Source: Catajapyx aquilonaris (lineage: Eukaryota). From it: a DNA stretch of 64,000 bases. Position numbers and translations under genes: made by a program. The stretch is taken from assembly GCA_000934665.2 (NCBI GenBank), contig KZ537962.1, forward strand, positions 1 to 64,000, read 5' to 3'. Positions 14,534 to 29,822 of the stretch are shown piece by piece; position 1 is the stretch's first letter; each line of letters starts with the position of its first letter. The notes beneath the pieces were generated by a model that was not told the DNA's origin, made no database searches, and saw only the letters and a program-made list of their open reading frames with translations.

Positions 14534-17500
14534 AATGTCGGGAACAGAGCAGTCAGTTTTTCAGGTATTTCTGGGTAAAAGACCTGAATAAGTGAAGCGT
14601 GCTGATCCAGCATCAAAAGGATGTGATGAGGTTTTTCGGAGGGGAGGGAAAAGGGGTGGGTTCTGCGCAGGGATAGAGGCGGAATTATTCATGAAATCCA
14701 CCTAGGCTTCCCACAGACTTCGACCACATAAAACACTCACGTCGGGATTATTAAATAGATTTTTTTTAAAAACAAAAATGGGGGACTGGTGCAGTGAGCA
14801 TGTGCAATTTTATGGCGTATTATTGAGAAGACTGCAATTTGAAGGCATATGTTCAGTGCATGACTGACCGTGTGACGTGGATGAATGGTCCGGAATATTT
14901 TGACATGGGTGCCATTTAGTTTGCTATACTTAACACTCGCTTTTAACGCTAGTAAAATGATAATTGTGGTGCACCGTATTATTAAAGAGGCTTTTATAAG
15001 CATTCGCCCTGTAAATATCGTTTGACCTACTACAAACCTCCGAGTTGCAGTCTAGAAGTGTACAGTAATTTCCATGTTCACTTGGATGTTTAGAAATAAC
15101 GGATTTCTAGAATAGGGCTCTACGGCTACAGTTATCATTTGCAGTTTGAAATACTTGTATAGTTGTTCTTGCATGATATCGCACAAGTAGCTGTAAATTC
15201 GCCGATATTTTTTCTAGACTATTGAATAACATTATATAGCCTACCTACATATCATTGGCATATACAGGTCTAGGCTTGGGCTGCATTACATTCATGAGCT
15301 CATTACAGACCCCATGTTTTACCGTAACAAAATTACATATAGTGAATGTAATTAAAGGGACAATATTACAGCCATATAATGTGCCCCTCACTGCAGGGAT
15401 ATTCACATCTCGGTTATTATGAACGCCCTTATACAGTACCAGTTCATATCAGGCTGCTGCTAAATTAGTTTCTGTGGTGGTCATGAACCTGGTGGCCCAT
15501 GATTCCCAGGGGATCGAGAGATGGAAACCGAATGTGGTCATAAGAAGCGCCGCTAATTTGCCTGTGCGCCACCCAAATTCATTTGGAGCTCTCCCGAATT
15601 TAGGTAGGGTGAACAGGGATGAAAGATCAAACTGCCATCCGTTTCTGTGAGTTGTAATTAATCCCTCTGGATATCTCGAGAGACATGTACCAAAAATGGC
15701 TGCCAGTGTACTTGTCCACATCGTATTCGGGTGTGTCTGATGCGACGACTGATGACACTTGGGATTTTTTTTTTGTTTTTTTTCAAAAAAACGTCAACTT
15801 GATCCACGTCAACTAACGCGCTTTGATGTCGAACACCGATTTCCTATTAGGATCTCAGCAAGGAAGAGAAAATGGGGAAAAGGCCAGCGACCCTTCCATC
15901 ACGGGCTAGTCCGGTAGTGTGCGTTAGTGCCCCATAAACGAGATCTGGGAAAACGAGGCCGGCTCCTGCATATACTATATATTTTTCTACGGGTGCACTC
16001 GAGCCACTGCGGATGCTGCATTTGGGAAACTGACTTCAAAGGGAGTCTGGAGTTCCTGTTAGTTGAGATGCGGCACGACCCTAAGGGTCAAGATGAGAGG
16101 AGAGAGCCTCCGGATAATGGCGTCCATTCAAGAGGGTTACGGCTCAAGACGCCGGAGAACATGCGCACTCAGAGGACTTGAGATGTTATTTTGCGATTTG
16201 ATGTGTAGACCGTGTGGAATATTTGCTTTCTTTGGTAAGGTAGGGTGCCGTTAGGTTAGTACCGCTGCGGTAGGTCATAAGGTCGTGGACGTGTCGGTTT
16301 GGAACGAAAACGACTGCTCTGATTGTAAATCACGTATTTTGATATCCGGCTTTCACATAGAGCGAATACTATACCCCGACAAGTATAAAATCCAACAACA
16401 GTAGAGTCATTCTGAAGCCAATTTTTAAGTAATTCCTGCAGCTCCTTCTAACAAGGTTTGGGAAGTAATTTGACAGGGACATTAAGCAGGTGACAAAGGA
16501 GGTGCTAGCTGCACACTTAGGAAAGGCGCAGAATTCCACGCGGCTTTTATTCGCAGGAATCGATGGCCAAGGGGGCTTCTTCGGCGCAAGAATTTGTGCA
16601 TCCCCCACCCATCTGATATGCATCTTGGCTATAAATTGTCGCGGAAACTAGGGCTAATGGCTCGCGTGCCTGGACTCCAGCTCGATTGAGGTCTCGTTCT
16701 AATCAATTACAGCATTTCCCTTGGATGCCTTATAAACCGGAGCCAACTTCCAACCGCTTGTCCTCACCTCTTGGCTGGGCTGGTGGGAGTGGTGATTGCC
16801 GCGGAATGCCCAAAGATATCCGGACCATTCCGCTGATTCCGGAAAAGGAATTGAAATGGACTAATGAGCAGTTAAAGCACTGGAAGTGCGCAGATTAACG
16901 GGGGCCGATTCATATTCGGAAGCTGGGGATGAATTGATGACGCGTGTGAAGGATAATGGCTACCACGTGGAAGATAACGTCAGTTTATACGATCCAGTCA
17001 AATTCTGATGACGTGGATGTTCATGGAAGGGTTTGCTTTAAACCGGAGCTAATTGGATGCGTAATTCATTGCGGCCTGAAGTGCTATTGTTATGGCGTTG
17101 CAGAGCGTGGCGAAATAAAATCTGTTGACTTTGCGACGCCAGTCGTGCAAGTGGCGATATGAGGCGAATGGGACAACCAAGGAGTTGGCTTGTTTTTGGT
17201 GAAGACTGTATGTGTCTTGCATTGTGATCTAGTGCCAGTTCCATTGTGTTGTGTCGAATCAATTTATAGTGCACTCTAACAAGCGGATTCCTTTTTATAG
17301 AAAATTTGTCATGCATTGATTGGGTGGTTGACATACTCCTAATATTTGTTATCTGGGGTATGCTGGTCAAGCAATAATAGTCTGAGTATATAGGCGCTTC
17401 TGACGGGTTGACAGTATGATGTAAAGAAAATTCGCATAATTTGGAGCGAGATGAAAGCAACGAGCAGTTTGCGAACCTTTTTCCCATTTTCAAAAGGAGG

Positions 17501-20500
17501 CCATGGCTAGCCGCGTGAATTGCCTTTTATGGACATATGATGTGCGGGTGATCAATAGTCTACTTACAGCTTGTTATAGACTATTCGCAAGATGGTAATG
17601 GTTGGACTTTTTCGCAAAAAAACGTGACATTAACGAGGTTTAATCGCATTTGACATGGTACATTATGGAGCGAGAGCCCTGGGACAATGTATAAATTATG
17701 ACTTCCTTACATGAACTACAGTATTCAGTTTGTGTTATCCGAGAGTGCTTCGTGTGAAGAGGAGCTTTCCTGGGTTCTCCACGAAGAAAATTTTGTTTGG
17801 AATTGTCCAGATGAATGTTATTTGATGCGTTTAGAACATTATTGAGGCTTTAGATTAGTTGGTGTTTTATTCCAATAATTAGACCGTGACTGCCTATACA
17901 GTGCCGCACCTATTGAGTAAATGGGAGTATTCATCAGCCTCAGGTAGAAGTACTTCACTACCTAGACTGTTATAGGCTTGGTCATAGATTTCACCCCGTG
18001 CCACTTGAGTGGCGACAAGGCGATTTAGGTAATTTTCGCCCGGCAGAACCACTCCAGATCTGCCACTGTAAAGAAGAGCAAAGTAAATTCGATAATTGGG
18101 TTCATGCATTGCTGATGAGCCCTTAGCCCCACCCGCACCTCTCGTCGTCCTGGAAACGCACAATGACATACCGTATTCTGGGTACATTTTTAATTTCTGA
18201 ATGTTTGAACGGGCCTTCGGCTCCCAGGTTCGTCGAGGGAGCTGAGTGAAAGGGGGGTAATCTCGTGGAATGGACCGGAATAAATTCATGCCCCCNNCCC
18301 CCCCCCCCCCCTCAATCCCAGGTGATCGAAGGATTCGATATCCGGGCAGGCTGGGCTGAGGAAGAGTAGTGCAGGGAAAAGCAGCCTTGCATTTTCTTTC
18401 GGATGGGCTCCTCTTTCACTATAAGGAGAGCCCAAAACAAAGCCCTGAGCAGCATTTCCTTCATGGGCGAGCACTTCCCCTTTGCTATTGATCTTGGAGA
18501 ACAGGCGTTGGGCACTGTTTACACTACATGACACTGCGTTTCAGGGGGCTTCAACGAAAGGAAAAATATTTGATGGACATATTTACACTGTGGGGGGCAA
18601 TATGACAAAAGGCGGGCATGAATATTTGAATGGGCATTTCGTTCTCCGGGCATTGATAGAAGGAGATAGGGACTTTCATTCGCTTTAAAAGCTTTTTTCC
18701 AGGTGGAATTGGGGTCGATAATTGGGCCATCGCCCAGTGGGGACAACAGTCTCGGCTAGGGATAGAGATAACCTGGGTGCTTGTCACTCCTGATCTAAAG
18801 CGAGGGGATTTGACCACGCCCAGTGGTTACTGATTGCGGAGGCTGCCATCGTCGAAAACTTTCCGCGCCAGCACTTTTGCTGGGTCAACGGTGCACTGGA
18901 CCTTTTTGGAGAAATTGTGGGTGTGAGTGCGTGAAGCGTGGCAGCCCTTGGAAACGCTTTTATGTACTGTATACAGTGCACGCGCAAATGAGCACCTATT
19001 TGACAAAAACATTTCAGTGTTACATATGGTTTTCAATAATTTCCAAACCTTTAAGATCTCTTTAAATCTGTAGATCTATACCTTTAGACAAGTTGATAAG
19101 TACATCCAAGCGTAATTAGGATAATTTTTACGTATGTCCTAAAGCATGATATAGATTGAGAATACCGAGATGGCAGTTACAACTTTCTGGTGACGTCAGA
19201 TGATTGTTGTTAAGAAAGTGCGAGATGAGCGAGGATGGTGTCGCCCACACGGTTGAGAATGTGACGTGAGAAACAGCAGATCATTGCTGGCTGCAAGGGA
19301 ATCGCTCCAATTAGAGCCTCGGAGTAATTAAGTTCCTGCTGGCGATCACCGTCAGAGTTCTAGCTGTTTTCCATCAGTCAGGCTGAAATACGCGCAGGTT
19401 GGATTACATTGGAAGTCCTGCATCCAGCGCTTTAACGGAATTAAGGGGCTTTGAAAAATGCCCAGTGCGAAAAGGGGTTGGGTCTCTGTCTTCTTCACTT
19501 TTCCGGGCCTGACGCTAGGATCCCAAATCGAAAGAGACGTTCGACCTTCTTTTCTTCCAGGGCTGACAGCCCGAGATAGTCATCTTTGTCTGCCTCCTTA
19601 CCATTCAATCTTCTGCATGCTATTGAGGATGTTGAGATTTCGTGCACTGCTGTTTCTTGTATCACTTTTGTGACACCATTCGCTGGGCGTGTAGTGTAGA
19701 ATGACCTGCTTGCGGTGTAATGTGTACTTAAACTTGCTTTGTGGTTGTGAACAAGGAGTTATTGATGTTCTGCTAATACCCTAACTGAGATTTTGGTAGA
19801 AATTATCGATTGGATTTGAGGGCAAACAAGATGTTTGCGAAATGGTGTCCTGAATAACTTAGCCTTCCTTTGGCGGGGGTCCATAGAAAAAGTGGAGCTC
19901 CCAGAATTTTGATTCCTCATTTCGGACCTTTTTGGCTCTGGCGCTGTTCTGAGGAGAGGAATATTCATCACATTATAAAGATAGCAGTAATAATAACGAA
20001 ACTTAAGGAAAGTTCGACCTAACTAATTTGTCCTGGGCGATGTCTAATTAATTAAGCAACTTAATTAAAATACCGATGTATAGGCTAAAAGTTATCTGAC
20101 TTTGAGTTGACTGCAGGATGGTGTGTGCAGCGTTAGACAGCGATAGGATCGTCGGATGTGAGTAACACCGTGCCACTTTGATTGCGAATAAGCTCTATAC
20201 TGCCTTATCTGACTTCCTCCGTGCCATACGCAGTGACTGGCTTTCAGCGTTTGTTATGGAACACGAATAGGCACCAGAGGGAAATGTTCCGCGAGGCTAA
20301 TGCAAAAGCCCCTTGTCCTTATTTCTTGTTGGCAAAACCGCATAGACGTTGGGAGAAGTCGGGTCTTAGACAGCGTCGAAGTTAGTTCCTGGCAACGGAG
20401 ACATAATTAGCCCCAAATTGGATTTAATAATTATTATGGGAGTGTAATGGTGACTGTCAGGCCTGTGTATAGTCTGCACCGTTGCTGCTTCCGGACCATT

Positions 20501-22981
20501 GCAGTCAGATCGGACCACCAAGTTATTCTGCTGCGTGGCACATTTAGGACGTTCGTGTCACCAAGATCATCAACCCACGCGTATACCCCAGGCCGTCTCG
20601 TTCTAAATATAAGATGAATTATTCTTGTTTCATGTTGTTTCAGCAATATACTGTTCACATGGACTTTTGACTAATTCTGCTGTTATTGCTTTCCATATCG
20701 GATTGCGAGTAAAATTTCCTCAGACCTCTTGTATCTCCGGTGATCCCTTACCCCCCTCCCTTTGTTTCCCCCCAATTGTTAGGCGTATTGACTGAATGAG
20801 AATAGATAGAGACAATGGGTGTTTAAAAGTAGCGCTTGTTACGACTGAAGATAGTCTAACTGAATCTACATACAATACAATGTATTAGCTCTTTCAACAT
20901 GCACCGGCTACTTCCTATACTCATTCAGGGACGAATGTAGACTAACCAAAAGCGTATATGATAAGCATTATTGAACAAGCATGTGCTATTTTCCTTCAAT
21001 CACTGTTCATTACTACTTGTATATCCGGCAGTAAGATTGGGTATACGAGGAAATTCAACTGCCTGGCTTTACGCATCTCCGAGGCATACCTTATGCACAT
21101 GACACCTAAGCTTGGTGCAGGTACGATGTGCCTCGTGGCGTACAGTACAGAGAGGCTTAGAGGAAGAAGTATATAACTGTCAAGTCACTTGTAGCTACCA
21201 CTAAAAGAATTCCGCTCTATACGTAGAAGACAGAGCTAAGGCAAATTCAGTGGAGTGCATCACAGGTGGAACTTGTAATCGTTTATGTACCGTGGCGTAC
21301 GAAGCAAAGTGAAAAAAAGAGCAATGAACTGGAAATGGACTGGTGATTGGAGCAGCCATGTTTGGGGGGTTTGGGCGTGTCCTTTGAAGAAGCCCTTTGA
21401 GAGCATCAGAGTAAATTTTAGTACCTCCACTCCCCTCCCCCTCCCCCCCTTGCTCTTTGTGAATTTCGAATTTGCATTCCTTTGAAGCACATTGTCTCGC
21501 GACCTGGGTAGTGTGATTGCTTTGCCAAGCCAGTCACCTTACGTAAGGTGTGTACCATTAGAGCTTTCACCATCAGGCGGATTTTGGTTGTCGACAGGGG
21601 CTGCCGATGAGATCAATTAAGGGGTGCAATACCGTGGCATTATTTGATGGAAGCGTTACAAAGGTTGAACACCATGCACATTGTGAGCTAAATATGCGAG
21701 GATACATTCAGGGGATTATGGGGTGACGATTTCGCGTAACAAGAGAGCAGCGTTGGTCCTGTACGGCGGTGCTTTTAACGTGTGAGAGAGAAGCCAGAGT
21801 GTCCATATGAATGACAAATTATGTAATGTTACCCGCTCGAATCCGGAGGTAAAAACACCTGTGTACTGTACATTTGTGTTTGGCTGTAATGGCTGACATA
21901 CCATACGAGAATAGTGCCCTTTATTTGTGGTAATATTCAGGCGCTCCGAGAAATGCAATAAATATAATCCCCTGCAAGGCGGCTTTGGGAGTGACAAGAG
22001 AGACGCCTGGATAACTTTCAGGATGAAGACGAATCGTACAGTTGACAGGAAAATGCAGATTTATCTGGATGATGCACGCTTTGACGTTCATCTACGTTAG
22101 CTTATACAGTCATATTTCACATTTTTGCATATTCGCTGCGTATAAAAACTGATGTGGAACGTTTGCACCTATGGCTTTACGTTGTCATATCTCGAAAATT
22201 TGACTTTCGCTGCTGTTCAACATTGGTGAATTTTAATGCCAACCCCGTCATGAATATTTTCAGGCAATGAATAGTGAAATTAAACTCTGTGCAGTTATAC
22301 GACGTTCCTTCTCTTAGTGAGATTAAGCCCTTTTCTTTCTTAGCCCACGTAATGAAGGACGCCTTACAAAGGTAGAAACGAATAAAAAAGAAGAAAGGAA
22401 CGGAGAAAGAAAGAGTCTGGGAGGTATAGGCCTTTAAAAAGAAAGAAAATGTGCTTGCAGGAAGCTTCGGCGGTTGGACAAAGAGAACCTTTTTTCGCTT
22501 CCTTTACCCTTTTTTTTAACGATTCGCATTTGTCATTCTGTGCAAGTGCGGTCGTTACCTGTTTTCTAACAGGTCCAGCGTAATTACGACGCACCTAACA
22601 TTCCCGCTAAGTAACATCCCTGAGTCTCCCAAGTAATTACCCCCGAGAAGATCCAATTCATGTGCCGACGGGTTCCGGTCCAACACTATTATACCCACAC
22701 TCGGTGTCTCTTGAAAAAGGCCACCGGGTTGACGGCCCCGAGGTGTCTCAATTTTCGGACCACCGGTCTTGATTAAGACGAATAATGAGCCCGGTGGATC
22801 TGCAATGCAGGTGCGAAGTGACACGCGACCCGTGTAATTGGAAGGAGAATCCCGGGAGCCTTGATTGGAATGGTAATCTTAGGCCTCAGCATGGGTGTGT
22901 GATTCTTCTGGACCACGAACACTATACGTCGGAGGTTGGGACGAGCAAGGGTGTGTGGTAGAAAGTTTTGGATTTCGCGAC

Positions 22982-23002
22982 ACACGACACGACACGACAC
23001 GA
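22982..23002. repeat. (ACACG)n pentanucleotide microsatellite, about 4 units
   Basis: acacgacacgacacgacacga read directly. Confidence 0.8.
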
Positions 23003-26000
23003 ACGTCATCCCTTGTTCACCAACATATGTGATATCAGAGGTCATTTTTATCTTAAATAAAATGCGCCATTTGGAGCATCAAAAGCGACATACTTGATAG
23101 TCTAGGACCCTATTAATTGTAGCCGACTAATTTGTCATCGGGTGCGTCAGCAACTTTTGCCATATCATTGTGGTCATTGCAGGTAGGATGAAATTTAGCG
23201 CTCTTGTTCATAGGAGTTGAATTATGGAGTGACCTCGGCGATGACATGTTCAGGAAAATTAGGAGCGGATGAGTTGGAATATTGCGACATGTCTTGCTGG
23301 GGGTATCCAGTTGCGAAATAATCATGGGCCAGGAAAACGCAGCCAGATATGAGATGACAGAATGAGAATTGATTGCCTCCCGCAGTACCGCTTGGCGAAA
23401 TGAAGTATTACTTTTTAGGGACGATGTTATTATGGGGGAGGGGAAGCGCAGGGCAGGATAAGACAGTGTCAGAGCTATTTAGCTTGCAAGGGCTTGTAGA
23501 AAAGGTGAATTATGTGAGACTGACACTGCCATATTGGCTATGTGATTATATATGGTTAATGTGTAATTCTAAAAGTGGCATTTCTTGTGCATCAATAATA
23601 ATATCGATATTGTCGTCACTCATTGTATGGTCAATATTAATTTTTGTGTGGTCGGCACACAGCGGTTGTCAGCCGAACCATCACTGTCGGCTTACATGTG
23701 ATATGTACTCAGTACGCTATTCACAGCATGGAATGGTTATTGACATGTTGCAGAAATTTTAATCCATTAATATTCCAACCCACAAAAATATAGATTAAAT
23801 TGTTATATAGACTCGAGCACATGATAATTGCAATTATGATGGACTACTTGCATTAACTAGTACCCCACTTATCATTTTGATGAGCATGAGCGTGACCCTG
23901 CAGATTAAATTGGAACTGGGTGATTTAACACCTGAATTTTAGTTGTGGGGGTTGAATTGAAAGGCATGGACCGTATTCGCAATTTTAGTCAATATTGTTG
24001 AAGTTCCACACAAAATTTTCTGTTGTTGTTGTGTTTATAAGGCCTTGTAACATTATTGTGACACAAGTTACCATTCATGTCACGATAGTACATGACAGGA
24101 AGATGGTGCTTTTAATATTTTACTAATAATAAACCACACTAATTAGCGCTCATAATTATGCAGTGGATGCGGATGTCGATATGCTGTTGACTCTTGCATG
24201 ATGAATACAACTCGTCGATGCGCAGGATTACAGTAGGCTCTTGTACCTAGATTGTTAAAATTCATGTGCAACCTATAAAAGCTATTGTTTAGTTTTTTCG
24301 ACGCAAATACATGACCTTTAAGTAACCACGCTTTTTTGCACTAACTACCCACTTTTATAGGAACTGCTGTTTTTTGACATACTTTTAAAGTTATTTGGAA
24401 GAAACCTTAATTATCGCCGATTGTACTGTCGAAGTGTGTGGGAGTTACGAAAGAAGTAGTCTTGATTTACCCTGCGAACCTCGCTGCGAACTGTTCAGGA
24501 AGTTGTCGAATAAAATCCCTGCTGTATTGTGGGTTTTTTCTCTCCAAAGTAAGAAACGTAACCTGCCTAATCATAATGTGTTTCTTCAAGGACAGACCAT
24601 ACGAAATATAAGGTTGTAAATCCTGTTAATCTTGAAATTTTCTGTGTAAACAAGGAAGAGGAATTTCATAACTTGTAGAGGCACACATATTGTGTAAATT
24701 CCACACGACTGTTATGTGGGAATTTAGAACAATTACATTTGTAACAAGCATGACACATTACTTTTAGGCGTAAGCGTATATAGGAGTGTTTTGAAAAATT
24801 GATAGTCTATAATATAGACGGATTTGTCCAACGTTTTCATAGTGTTGTGTCCTGTCTGCCACAGCCAATTCGATACTGTACACCTCTGACATGTTTGACT
24901 AACATTTCCATGAATGTTGACATATTGAAGGCCCAACACTCGTCATCATGGCGAGGCTGTTATTCACAAAATTGGCTGCAGTCATTTGGGGCAGCGTGGT
25001 AATCCACCGGATTATTGGAACCCGGTGATTGGGGTGGCTTGTGTGCCCAACTACGTCGCGCAGGGTCGTTTCATATTAGCTTTTTTTTTTAATCTCCCCC
25101 TTTTTAGCAGGGTAGGGGTACCTATATGACGGAAGTAACTCTTTTGGATGCAGGCTGAACACTCGATTACTTCGAATTTGGTTTAGCTGAACGGGCCTGT
25201 ATCTCGGAATTAGAACGTGGCGAGATCAGCCCCCCAATCAGCAGAACCATCGCTTTAAATGGCGCCCATCGATTCGGGAGCCATTTGGGTGCGGAAATGG
25301 ATCGAGATTCTGCCATAAAGAGAGAACTTGTCTGAGGATGGACGGTAACCAACTGCGACGTCAGCTACGCGGAAATTGCTGGACGCGCATTCATTATGGC
25401 GGGGAACTTTGGACGCTATACCTGTTAGCCTTGAGCTGTGGGGGGGTTGGGATGTCGTTTTTTTGCGGTATCTATGACTCTTGGCATTCATTTAGTGCTC
25501 TTTGTGTATCAGTTTACAGCGAGTATATGATAACGTGATGAGTGTCTTGGAAATAATTGGGGACGAAAGACGAGTAGGCTGTGCAATGAGGGATGTGGCA
25601 AAAACCGGTGTCGGTGTTTACCACAGGTTTGGAGATGGTGTAGCCCCAGGGCTTCCATCAGGCACGGCTGTTTTTGCGTCAAACATCCCACGGAGTTTCT
25701 TGGATGGAATGTTTTTTCCTAATTAATTTGTCAACTTCGTGTTTTCCAGTTGCATCGCAAATTAGTTGCGTCACTCTCGGGATTGAGAAATTATCTCGGT
25801 ATTAATCGAGGCGAGAGGTGCACACAAACATGCACATGATTAATGTAACGAGTCTGGGATTTTCCGTAATAATATGTTTGGGGGTACACACTAGCGCGTG
25901 GTAGCAGAGGCGAGATGGAATTGAATGATCCGGCAGCCACCCAATTGCTGATGAAGAGCTTTAAATCCCACCCTTAGCTGAAAATAACATCCGCCCAAGT

Positions 26001-29000
26001 CGTGGTTACGATCGCAAAGAGTAGGTCAAAGCTATTAGAGCAGTGTCCTCCGAGAGCCAAAGCCTGGGAGTGAAAGAGGCCTGAGACCTAGTTTATCTGA
26101 TTGGAAGTCGTGTGGGAGGCGGTAGTGATTGCGTTACTCATCCATTTAGGGGATGCCCTCGACTAAAGGGGGGAAATGTAGAAGCCGGCGAAGACCTTCA
26201 GGACCTCGGTTCTCTTCCTCTTCCTCTCGTTAGGCAGAGTTGATCCACAGGCATTTCCGCCAGGATCAAGCTCTAGGCCACACTTCTGGGGTCCTTGTAT
26301 TCGTCAAAGTCTGGATCTGCCAGGTATAGGCCTGGTCTTATCTACAGCGTTAGGACGTGTCTTCGCCGCACTGGCAGTCACTAAATGGTGTTCGAGGCTT
26401 CCCATTGTGATGGTGAACGATTTGCTGGCCATTTCCCATCACCATTGGCGTTATCGTTGGAGCGGTGCTGTGGAAATTTTCCTTGCAAGTCTGCAGACGA
26501 GTGATCCTATATATAGTTGAGCAGACTGAAAGTTTTCTCATCAGTGCAGAAATATTATGTAGCCTAGGCATGTACACTGCAAGAAAGCAAATCTGCAATA
26601 TCCGTTCTTGCAGTAGGGGCGGAGTCAAGTTGATGCGGTTGTAATCTTCCTTGTAGATCAGGAAGCCATCCGGTTCTTTCATTCCTAATCCCCCGATGTA
26701 ATTACCCCATGTAGATTGTTTATGTTGGCTGGAGCTCCCCGGAATTTGTGTCTTCCGGGAAATTTTCTAGGATGAAGGAGAATGTTTCTGTCACTGGAGA
26801 TTGCGGCTGTCACTTTTTTAGTTCAAACTGCGTGAGCCGCATTCAAGGAAGCACAGTTTTAATAACTTTTTAATAGTCGGATAACATCCGCGAATGGGCT
26901 GGAGTGACAGTGATATGGCGGTTCGTAGAGGGTAAGAACGGGGTTAAATGTAACATGCTCTGACAGTATCGCGAGTTCGCGACAGTGACCAGCGGAGGGT
27001 AAAAGGAAAGGATTGGGAAGCCATATGACTCAATCATACGTAAGAACCTCGGCACGAGAAAAGTAAGATTGGAAAATGAGACTGCAGTGATCCAGAACGA
27101 CCATCTTACAACTCTTTTTCTAGAAATTCTGAGAGGGAAGGTCCAAAGTTGAGTGTGGGTATACCCATCGAAGGAGTCTTCGGATTTTGATGGGATTCAG
27201 GTGATAAATGGAGCGATGGGAACGACAGGTGTTTATTGGAGGAGGTGGTACACTGAAGAGAGGACGGAGGCATTGAAACGGACAAGAAAATCCCTGGGAT
27301 TTACTGTCGAAAAGAAGATTACACTGACATACTTTTCAAAGCTTACTGCGAGATCAGAGAAAGAAGAGGTCAATTCAGTTTTTAGGCTCAGAGCTGTCAA
27401 AACACAATTTTTCAAACAGAACTGGACATGTGCTACGTGTTTTATGTGTTCCTCCATTAGTCGTGTACTTCAGCAGGTGGTTGTCGTTCGAAACTGTTGC
27501 ATGCAGTAATTTGAGCTGTGACTCGGTTTTTACTGAGAATTAATTGTATACTCACCATAATACCAAAACACACTGCAAGTTCCGGGGAACAAACCTGGTG
27601 GTGGATTTGCATGACAGATTTCTGCAGCTGCGGTTTGCTGAGTGAGGGTAAAATATGTACCGGGCAGTATTAACCAAGTTGTGCGTTGTGCTGTGCATAA
27701 ACACTGCAATGTTTTCATCGTCAATTATGTGTCACATTCATAAGGGCCGCTATTTCTGTCCGGGCAAATGGCCTGGAATAATAGTCTGCGTTTAGTCTTG
27801 TTCAGGTCATTGGGCTGTCGGGTCGGAGGGAAATGGTCGAGGAATGCGAGATGAGACAAGACAATATTCATTAGTCCTTGTCGCACACACTTCTTGGCGT
27901 GAAGCCAGGCGGAAGTGTTCTTGTTTGAATAGACTGGGCGCTTCTTAATCATTCAGAGGGTGTCTTTTGTCTTTCCACACGAATTCAATTCTCCGTCACT
28001 CGTTAAAGGACGCTGATCTCGTTCAGTGTACTCAGCGGGTGGAGATAACCAGGCAAATCCCATACTGTCAGGTTATAAAACATGATGGCTTATCTTCTGG
28101 TGACGTCCGATCCCAACTGTTGGAAAGGGTGTCATCCTTTGGTTTCTGGGAAGAGTCCGCTGGATCCGCGAATTGCGTTTCATTGGAAGTTCAGAGAAGC
28201 ACCACGGGGGGTACTGAACCAAAAGCAGCCCAACTAATATAACATTGTGTAATATATCCTTTGGACTAGAGAGCGGAAGGAAAACCTTACCCAAAATAGA
28301 CTCGGACCTTAAAATGTCGAGGGTACGGTTGGGTGCTCGGCAGTTGTGTGCCATGAGGATTCTATTGGCTTAGACCTCCTGATTAAAATCCTCGAAAAGT
28401 CCCAAGGCAGGCAATCCTCCGGAAGAAGAGTCGCGGCGTCATGGCTCCGGGTTTTTATAATGGAACCCGTGAAGCTCCGTGGTCTGGAAGCCTTTTGCTC
28501 AGAGAGATTTTGGAGGCCGGCCTTGCAGCTAGGGTCTGTTAGTGCTCTCCTCTTTGTCTATTTACCAGGCTTTGCGTTGCCGACCTTGTGTGGAATTAGT
28601 GCCAGAGCACAGCAGCCCTTCTGTCTTGGGTTCTAGAATAAGTCGTGAACTGACGATCCTGAGGAAAAGAAAAGAATGCGGGATTATTCTGGGGTGATTC
28701 AATAATATGCAGATTACGTGGTTGTTGAAGCCTTCACTCACTGGCCAAAGATGGGCAGGATCAGGGTTGGTTTATTGACTGAATATCTGTTAGCAAGTCT
28801 TGAAGACTCTCCATTCCAAAAATATCAAGGGTACGAAGCCGATGTTGTACACACTGTTCACAAACGTTGTGGATTGATGAGAGGAAGTCTGCACATGCTG
28901 CTTCTGCTAAGGGCGGATGAAGGTTAATTTTTCGGTGCAGGAAATGGAAGCTGGACAAGTGTTGGCAAGCCAAGCATCATATGTACGTCTTTTGAGTGCA

Positions 29001-29788
29001 ATGCGTCATTTCCAGTGAAGTTTCATAGCCCCCCTTTCATTCTAACTGGACATGCAGTTGGAATGAGGGGTTCAATTTCAGAATTGTTTCTATTCTTGCT
29101 GGGGGCAGGATTTTTACAAAATGATGATGTAGACTTCAATATCTCAAGAGTTATACCCTTTGGGCTTAATTCACTTAGAGTGCAGGCCCATGAGTTGACC
29201 AGGGAATTCCTTTTGAAATATTGACGGAGGGCTTTTTCAGAGAAATCTCTGGAGGGAAATCTGCGAAACGTATACCCGTGGACGAATGTCAATACAACCT
29301 GAGTTACATGCAGCAAGTAGTTTGTCAAATTATTTTGTGCTCCTTCCTATCCCGGTGGGAAGAGGGCAAGTAGAAAATGCATTTTGCATACTAACCTGTC
29401 ATTTGATGCTATATGTGCTATTTTTGTGTACGCTGTGTAATATGTTTCATTATCTTGTACACACAATATAACACTAAGCTGTCACTTTTAGTGTCATGAT
29501 GCGATAGGGTTATTAATAATGGATATCGATTTTTATGCATATTACGGATTTAACCTGCATTTCAGATGCGGAGTGCAAATGAAGTTCTGGAGGTCGCGTT
29601 GGCCGTGAGCTTTATACTGTATATGATCGTTTCATCGATCCGGCGGTAGTGTTTTGTACGTCCTTCAGTTTTGTAGATCCTGCGCCGGAATGTAGCTTCT
29701 GGAGAAGCAAATAATAACAGCGCCCAATATTAGAATCAGATGTCGTTCAATGAAACTGTATTTTGTTTCCTCATTAGTTGTGCATTGT

Positions 29789-29822
29789 CTGACGTTTCTT
29801 TTTGTTTCCGTTACAGGTAAGT
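29789..29822 (+). promoter_or_regulatory. candidate recursive splice site (ratchet point), AG|GT at 29816/29817
   Basis: CTGAC branch point (A at 29792), then gtttctttttgtttccgttaCAG, followed immediately by a perfect GTAAGT donor, inside a 34-kb intron. Confidence 0.7.

Noticed and set aside
25338..25538. ORF MDGNQLRRQ... whose start resembles exon 1 (ggatggacggtaac)
   Set aside because: Similarity is limited to about 14 nt and there is no suitable donor at the equivalent position.
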